Positions 34,608 through 40,305 of a stretch of 40,305 nt of DNA are shown one piece after another (within the stretch, counting starts at the first letter, position 1; the number at the start of each line of letters is the position of its first letter). The position numbers and the translations under genes were made by a program. The DNA is from Octopus bimaculoides (lineage: Eukaryota). The stretch is from positions 167,865,809 to 167,906,113 of the forward strand of contig NC_068982.1 in the NCBI RefSeq assembly GCF_001194135.2. The letters are read 5' to 3'. The notes below the pieces were generated by a model. That model ran no database searches, had not been told where the DNA came from, and saw only the letters and a program-made list of their open reading frames with translations.

Positions 34608-34997
34608 CCTAGATCTAAGGCTCAAGTGGTAATAGCAGCAACGGCTCATACAACAACATCGATGGCAACGGTAGCGGCGGCGGCAGCGGCAGCGGCAGAA
34701 ACAACAGTACCGACGGCAACGACCGCTGCACCAACACCAACGTTACGGCCAGAGATGACGACCCCACTAACACCAGTATCACCAGCGAAACTACCAGTCC
34801 TGCACCCAATTTTAGCAGCGACGGCAGCCAAAACACCATCGGCAGCAGCAGCAGCAGCAGTAATGCCAGTGCTAAGGCCTGAGATGACTACTGCAATAAC
34901 GACTTCAGTGATATCGCCAGACCCACAACCCGTAATAACAGCACCGAAAACAACAAATTCAGGCCCGGAGCCAACAGAAAATACAACAGAGGAGTGA
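34608..34997 (+). CDS. Thr/Ala/Pro-rich ORF with internal LRPEMTT repeat (unknown; possibly a retroelement ORF1 N-terminus or a mucin-like exon)
   Basis: The frame is open from 34608 to the stop at 34995-34997. The two LRPEMTT copies differ by 5 substitutions, all synonymous. There is no in-frame ATG near the start. Confidence 0.45.
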   Translation, partial: PRSKAQVVIAATAHTTTSMATVAAAAAAAAETTVPTATTAAPTPTLRPEMTTPLTPVSPAKLPVLHPILAATAAKTPSAAAAAAVMPVLRPEMTTAITTSVISPDPQPVITAPKTTNSGPEPTENTTEE

Positions 34998-35430
34998 ACA
35001 CAACCAGCATCCAAGTCCGGAGACATATCGGGCGGTCGGAATTACCTTTAAGCGACGTCTATACAACAACAGGTTCTCTTTCAGGATTCCGGAAGGACGG
35101 CACATCACGTCCCTGGCCAGCAATGTATGGCACCTTAAAGTTAAAGGAACCACATACAAAAATAAATTGCAGCTCACAGAGCAGCCAGAGTCCTATATAA
35201 ACGGGAGAGGATGATGCAAGCTTTGCATAGCAGAGCGAACAAAGATCCATAGTAACTCCCTGGACCCAAAATCTCTCTTAAATTCTAGATGTGAGATCTA
35301 TAGCCCCTGTTGCAGGCATGGGAGACCCCATTCGTCGACTTGTGTCGGAAAAAGTCATCGCAGACTCGAAGCAGACTAACGGCAGAGATTCCCTGTCGCT
35401 CCTTAAGTCCATAAATTTTGCAAACTGAAA
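34998..35430 (+). pseudogene. Possible decayed continuation of the upstream ORF (LINE ORF1-like)
   Basis: GC-richer, non-SINE sequence with short broken frames (e.g. AARVLYKR, loosely like TARTVVYKI of the Tx1 ORF1 at 18372-19196). Weak. Confidence 0.25.
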
Positions 35431-35931
35431 TGGTCTAAGAGGGATATAACTCGTCCTGGCTAAACCTCAGACAATATTTTATGCGTTTATGAATTTGTGC
35501 TGCAAGATTCATGATGCGAAACCATGTTCTGAAACAGATATTGTTATATTTCGGAATGGTGGGGTTTTTTCTCCCCAATTTAACACACGCACCATACATT
35601 CGTTCTTCACTCGCTTATTACTGTTCTAGAATGGGCTAAGCGAAACAGAAGGAAACACGTAGATGGAATAGGTCGCTGAAGAGGCCACAGATATGTGACG
35701 AAAGATTTTCAGACAATGGACATAAGATAAGAACAGTAATAAACAAGTAAGGAACGAATATATAGTGCAGGGGTTTATTTGGCGAAAAAGAAAATGACCA
35801 TCCCGAAATATAACGGTATTCTATTCGTTGCTTAGAACTTGACTGACCGTAACTGATTTCCTCCGTCGATTTGAAGAGGAGTTATATGCCATTCGCCATT
35901 AGATTCTAATGAATCGTCCATAAAGCTAAGC

Positions 35932-35934
<3 letters not shown>

Positions 35935-36022
<88 letters not shown>
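35935..36022. repeat. (TG)n microsatellite
   Basis: Direct. Confidence 0.95.
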
Positions 36023-36026
<4 letters not shown>

Positions 36027-36543
36027 GTGTGCGTATATCTATGTATACGCACAGAATTGCTAGCACTAGGACTGTTATACCCTATTACTCACAACTGTAA
36101 AGTGTATTCGTTTTGCTATACACATGTTATACGTATTCAGGTGATATAAACAGGTGTATAAGCTTGGTAATCATAGACTGCTTGATTAATGATATAATGA
36201 TTAATGATATAACAACAAAACAAAAAGAAGAATGATTAACTGAACAAATTAATCTTTTACACAAGTCTCAATAGTACATCTTCGTATCATCGAAGGATAG
36301 AGTAGTTAAATTATGTACAGTTTTTTTTTCTCTTATATGTATATGCATACGCGTAAATACAAACATACATGTATATGAGTGCATGTGTATATTTGTGCGC
36401 TGATTAGATGGCTGCAATTCAACATATCTACATATGATATTATAGATGTTTAAAACAAATTGTATAACATTTTAAAATTTTGTAATGGGAAATTATAACA
36501 TTGAAAATACATCAGGAGCAGCACTATCTATTATTATCTCCCC

Positions 36544-36580
<37 letters not shown>

Positions 36581-37068
36581 GCAGTTATTCAAAATTTGAA
36601 TAGTATCAATAAAGTGCATAGCATAAACAAAGAATATGATTTTGTTGAACTTTCAAGCAATCTCCTGAAATATGATTTAAGAGATAAAATGTTTAACAAC
36701 TAGAAATTAATTTACAATTCACTAGAGATTTAGTAGTTAAATTAATTTAATTTTTATAAACGGATATATTAGCATGAAACGATTAGCAGTTTTACGATAA
36801 TAAATGTTTCAATGAACATCATTATCATTAAGCTACATTTTATTTTTTAAAATGTACAGCAGCTTTTAAAGAAATTACAATTACTTGCTGTAATATAACA
36901 TAATTTTAAAACAAGATTTTATGACTCGTTTACCTGCAATCTCGCTTACCTGCAATCTTTTATTTATTACCAAATAACATCATTGCTATCATTTTCTCCT
37001 TGCTACCATTTTCTACATTGAGTCATTCTTTATCTCTACTCATCACTATCGTCATACACACACACACA

Positions 37069-37102
<34 letters not shown>

Positions 37103-37345
37103 NNNNNNNNNNNNNNNNNNNNNNNNNNNNNNNNNNNNNNNNNNNNNNNNNNNNNNNNNNNNNNNNNNNNNNNNNNNNNNNNNNNNNNNNNNNNNNNNNN
37201 NNNNNNNNNNNNNNNNNNNNNNNNNNNNNNNNNNNNNNNNNNNNNNNNNNNNNNNNNNNNNNNNNNNNNNNNNNNNNNNNNNNNNNNNNNNNNNNNNNNN
37301 NNNNNNNNNNNNNNNNNNNNNNNNNNNNNNNNNNNNNNNNNNNNN
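37103..37345. other. Assembly gap (N run)
   Basis: Direct. Confidence 1.
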
Positions 37346-37351
37346 ATATAC

Positions 37352-37432
37352 ATATGGGATCGATTTGTTCGACTAAAGGTGGTGCTCCAGCATGGCCGCA
37401 GTCAAATGACTGAAACAAGTAAAAGAATAAAG
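37352..37432 (+). mobile_element. SINE family BA, 3' tail
   Basis: gggatcgatttgttcgactaaaggtggtgctccagcatggccgcagtcaaatgactgaaacaagtaaaagaataaag. Confidence 0.88.
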
Positions 37433-38021
37433 TACACACACACACACACACTCACACATATATGTGGAATGTATGTACTAGTGTATGTTTGCGTGTGTGA
37501 GTGAGTGTAAAAGATTTGCATTGCCAACTATGGAGGCGATAGCAATGCAGAAAGAACAATGAGTATTAAAAATAAAAATAACAACAAAATCGAAATGTTA
37601 ACATGAAATATTCAGTTAGTACTGATTAAGGAACCATTTACAAAGGCTTTACTGAACGAAAAGGAGAAATAAAATCCGCGTCCGTTTTTGGACGTATCGA
37701 TTCTATGAGTGTGACACTCAATTCAGAACGTATGCAGAGGTAACTAGAGCCGCGTGTTGTAACTCATGGGGATAAATATTACTAAAACAACTTAAAGCAA
37801 ATGCAATGGCGTGTTTGCCACCTTTAAATAAGCGGATAATGCATTTGAAGGCATTGATGTATGATCTTGAGAGCTCGATACGTAACCAGTTGTTCTTTAA
37901 CCTGTGAAAACATTTACCTCGCTGATTCCAAATGTGACGGTGTCACATAGAACGTCTATGAAGAAGTGATGTTGTGAAATCTTGCATGCATTAATTGCAA
38001 TTCTGCTTATTGATAATTTCC

Positions 38022-38060
38022 ATGCGGTTGGAAAGCGAGCTTCTTACCACACAGCCACGA
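38022..38060 (-). mobile_element. SINE family BA head fragment
   Basis: The reverse complement cgtggctgtgtggtaagaagctcgctttccaaccgcatg matches the head at 39403-39450. Confidence 0.7.
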
Positions 38061-38437
38061 CTATTGGTAGAAATTCTTGGATGAAAGTCGTATGTAGCAA
38101 TTAGATCTTTTCTGAAGCATTTGTGTTGGTCCTCATTTACAAGGGATATTATTGGGCAAAATTCCCTGGATCTAGTGGACCATTGTTTTCTTGTAAGTCT
38201 GTACTGAATAATTCCATGAAACTACCTATTTCCGTATCGTCGAATTATGCAGTTAGGATCTCAGATATATCTGTAATATTGTGATATGATACAGAGTGAG
38301 TTTTACAAATAGATAGAATAAAAACAAAAATAAAATACGTGACGTTTTAGCTTACATGACCACTTCAATATTTATGTTAGTAATTGTAGAATATTAACAG
38401 CCGAAAACTAAGCACTTTATAGTAAATGCTTTTTTCG

Positions 38438-38650
38438 GGACGGCGAGCTGGCAGAAAGGTTAGCACGCCGGGTAGAATAGTTAGCAGTATTTCGTCTGTT
38501 TTTACGTTCTGAGTTCAAATTCCGCTGAGGTCGACTTTGCCTTTCATCCTTTCGATGTCGATAAATTAAGTACCAGTTACGAACTGGGGTCGATCTAATC
38601 GACTGTCCCCCTCCTCACCCCAAATTTCGGGCCTTGAGCAGAAAAGAATA
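38438..38650 (+). mobile_element. SINE family C
   Basis: Colinear with 33749-33920 and 39538-39735. Confidence 0.9.
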
Positions 38651-39402
38651 ATTGTTTTCTGAGCGAAGCTTAGAAATTCACAATGTAAAAGTTATAACTT
38701 TGAAGTTATGCTTATCCTGTATGTCGTTGAACCACTTATTACCTATAGTGCTATTACTTCAGGCTGAAAGATTAGTTGCACGCTTAATTGAGTCTATTTT
38801 CACTGATCTAATTGAATGTTTAGCGAGGTTAATATGTCAGCATTTAGGCTCCGTTAAGATTTTAATGACAACATCTTTTAATGTAACACACAACGGAAAA
38901 ATTGCCAGGCACTTTACTCCATTATATATTTTAAGGATGGAAACAATATATTTTGTTTCGTTCTTAAGTTTGTTGTTTGTTTCCGTTTATTTTATTTTAA
39001 ACTTTTAGTAATTAAAAAAGGAAAAATACAATTTTCACAAAAGAAAGATATAAGATTTTGATAGCTGCACATAAGCAAGAGTTCTCTCAAAACACACAAA
39101 GTGTCTAGAGAGAATTCTTCTGTGAGTGCGTTTATCGCATTTCTAAAGAATTATATAGAAATATTTGTATTTTTGGAGTTATTAAAGATTTCATGTCCTT
39201 ATTTAAAGTGTTTGAAAATTATTACAACATTAAAAGTTATCATTACTTTGCAAAAAGCTTTTTTTTTTTTGCAAGAAGACAATTAGCTTTTACAAGATTT
39301 CTTACTTCACATGCAGAAAACAGGCGTCGAGTATTCACCAAATTATGTATCTATGTATATACTTACATAAGTAAACGCATATGTATATAAATACAATGTA
39401 TA

Positions 39403-39489
39403 GGCACGGGTGTGGCTGTGTGGAAAGAAGCTTGCTTCCCAACCACATGGTCCTGGGCTCAGTCCCACTGCATGGCAAATTGGGCAAGT
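39403..39489 (+). mobile_element. SINE family BA head, truncated
   Basis: tggctgtgtggaaagaagcttgcttcccaaccacatgg..ctcagtcccactgcatggc..ttgggcaagt. Confidence 0.85.
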
Positions 39490-39537
39490 ATAAAAAGGTG
39501 AATGTGCAAACTTAAATGTATGATAATATATGTATAA

Positions 39538-39752
39538 GGCGGCGAGCTGGCAGAAACGTTAGCACGCCGGGCAAAATTTTTAGCGGTATTTCGTCTGTCT
39601 TTACATTCTGAGTTAAAATTGCATCGAGGTCGACTTTGCCTTTCATTCTTTCGGGGTCGATAAATTAAGTACCAGCTGCGTACTAGGGTCGATCTAAGGG
39701 ACTGTCCCCCTCCCCGAAATTTCGGGCCTTGTGCCTACAATAGATAAGAATA
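39538..39752 (+). mobile_element. SINE family C
   Basis: ggcggcgagctggcagaaacgttagcacgccggg..gtcgactttgcctttc..aagtaccagctgcgtactagggtcgatc. Confidence 0.9.
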
Positions 39753-40305
39753 TATATAGGAATCTCGGTCAGGATTTCTCAGTATGAATGCTGACTTGTT
39801 AGAATAAACAAATTACCAGTGCCACCAAATTAGTATGAAACACTGCTGAGCAAGTAACAAAAGTATGTGAACTTAATTTAACGTTCATATAGAAACAGCG
39901 TGACAGAGTTTGACACTGAAGGGTTTCTAAACAAATCATTCATGATAAGTCAACCTCTTAACCAATCCACTACACTGCAACGACTCTTCCTCTCTCTCCC
40001 TCTCGTACTCTCTCTCTACAAAATACACACACACACATATGTGTGTGCGTGTGAGTGTGTAGATATATGTGTGTATATATATGTATATATATATATGTAT
40101 ATATACATATAGTCGGACTATTGGCACTCTCAACTGTCGATGTTGTTTGTTTATCGTTTTGATTAATTCCACTACTGATATTTTTACAGCGATATGAAAT
40201 ATACATTAGTAGTTACATTGTATATTGTTTGCATATACATACGGTATAATAGTATGTGACAGGGCATATATACACTCACGCCATATCTATCTATCTATCT
40301 ATATA

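Noticed and set aside
34615-35026. Minus-strand ORFs overlapping the T/A/P-rich region
   Set aside because: They are antisense shadows of GCA/ACA repeats; the synonymous-change signal supports only the plus frame.

Overview
This is an AT-rich, microsatellite-dense metazoan window with five N-gaps. The repeat families point to an octopus genome in a short-read-type assembly; this is inferred from family recognition, not from a database search. I find no convincing host protein-coding gene, and the window looks intergenic or intronic. It holds more than 20 copies or fragments of at least four tRNA-headed SINE families. It also holds decayed retroelements of five groups: RTE (two RT remnants), L1/Tx1 (ORF1 with a CCHC knuckle plus AP endonuclease), R4/Dong-type REL elements (two), a CR1-like 3' end, and Penelope-like elements (PLE; two GIY-YIG types). 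The strongest lead is a tRNA-headed SINE that occurs as head-to-head palindromic pairs and carries a decayed PLE-type minimal hammerhead ribozyme in its tail. One copy is joined directly to a PLE RT-thumb/GIY-YIG remnant, which suggests a PLE-mobilised, ribozyme-bearing SINE. Other leads are a 95-bp near-perfect inverted repeat, a 24-bp perfect hairpin, a 174-bp TG..CA insertion with an 8-bp TSD inside an RTE RT, a Thr/Ala/Pro-rich ORF whose internal repeat differs only at synonymous sites, and a Tx1 element apparently nested in a SINE's internal microsatellite.
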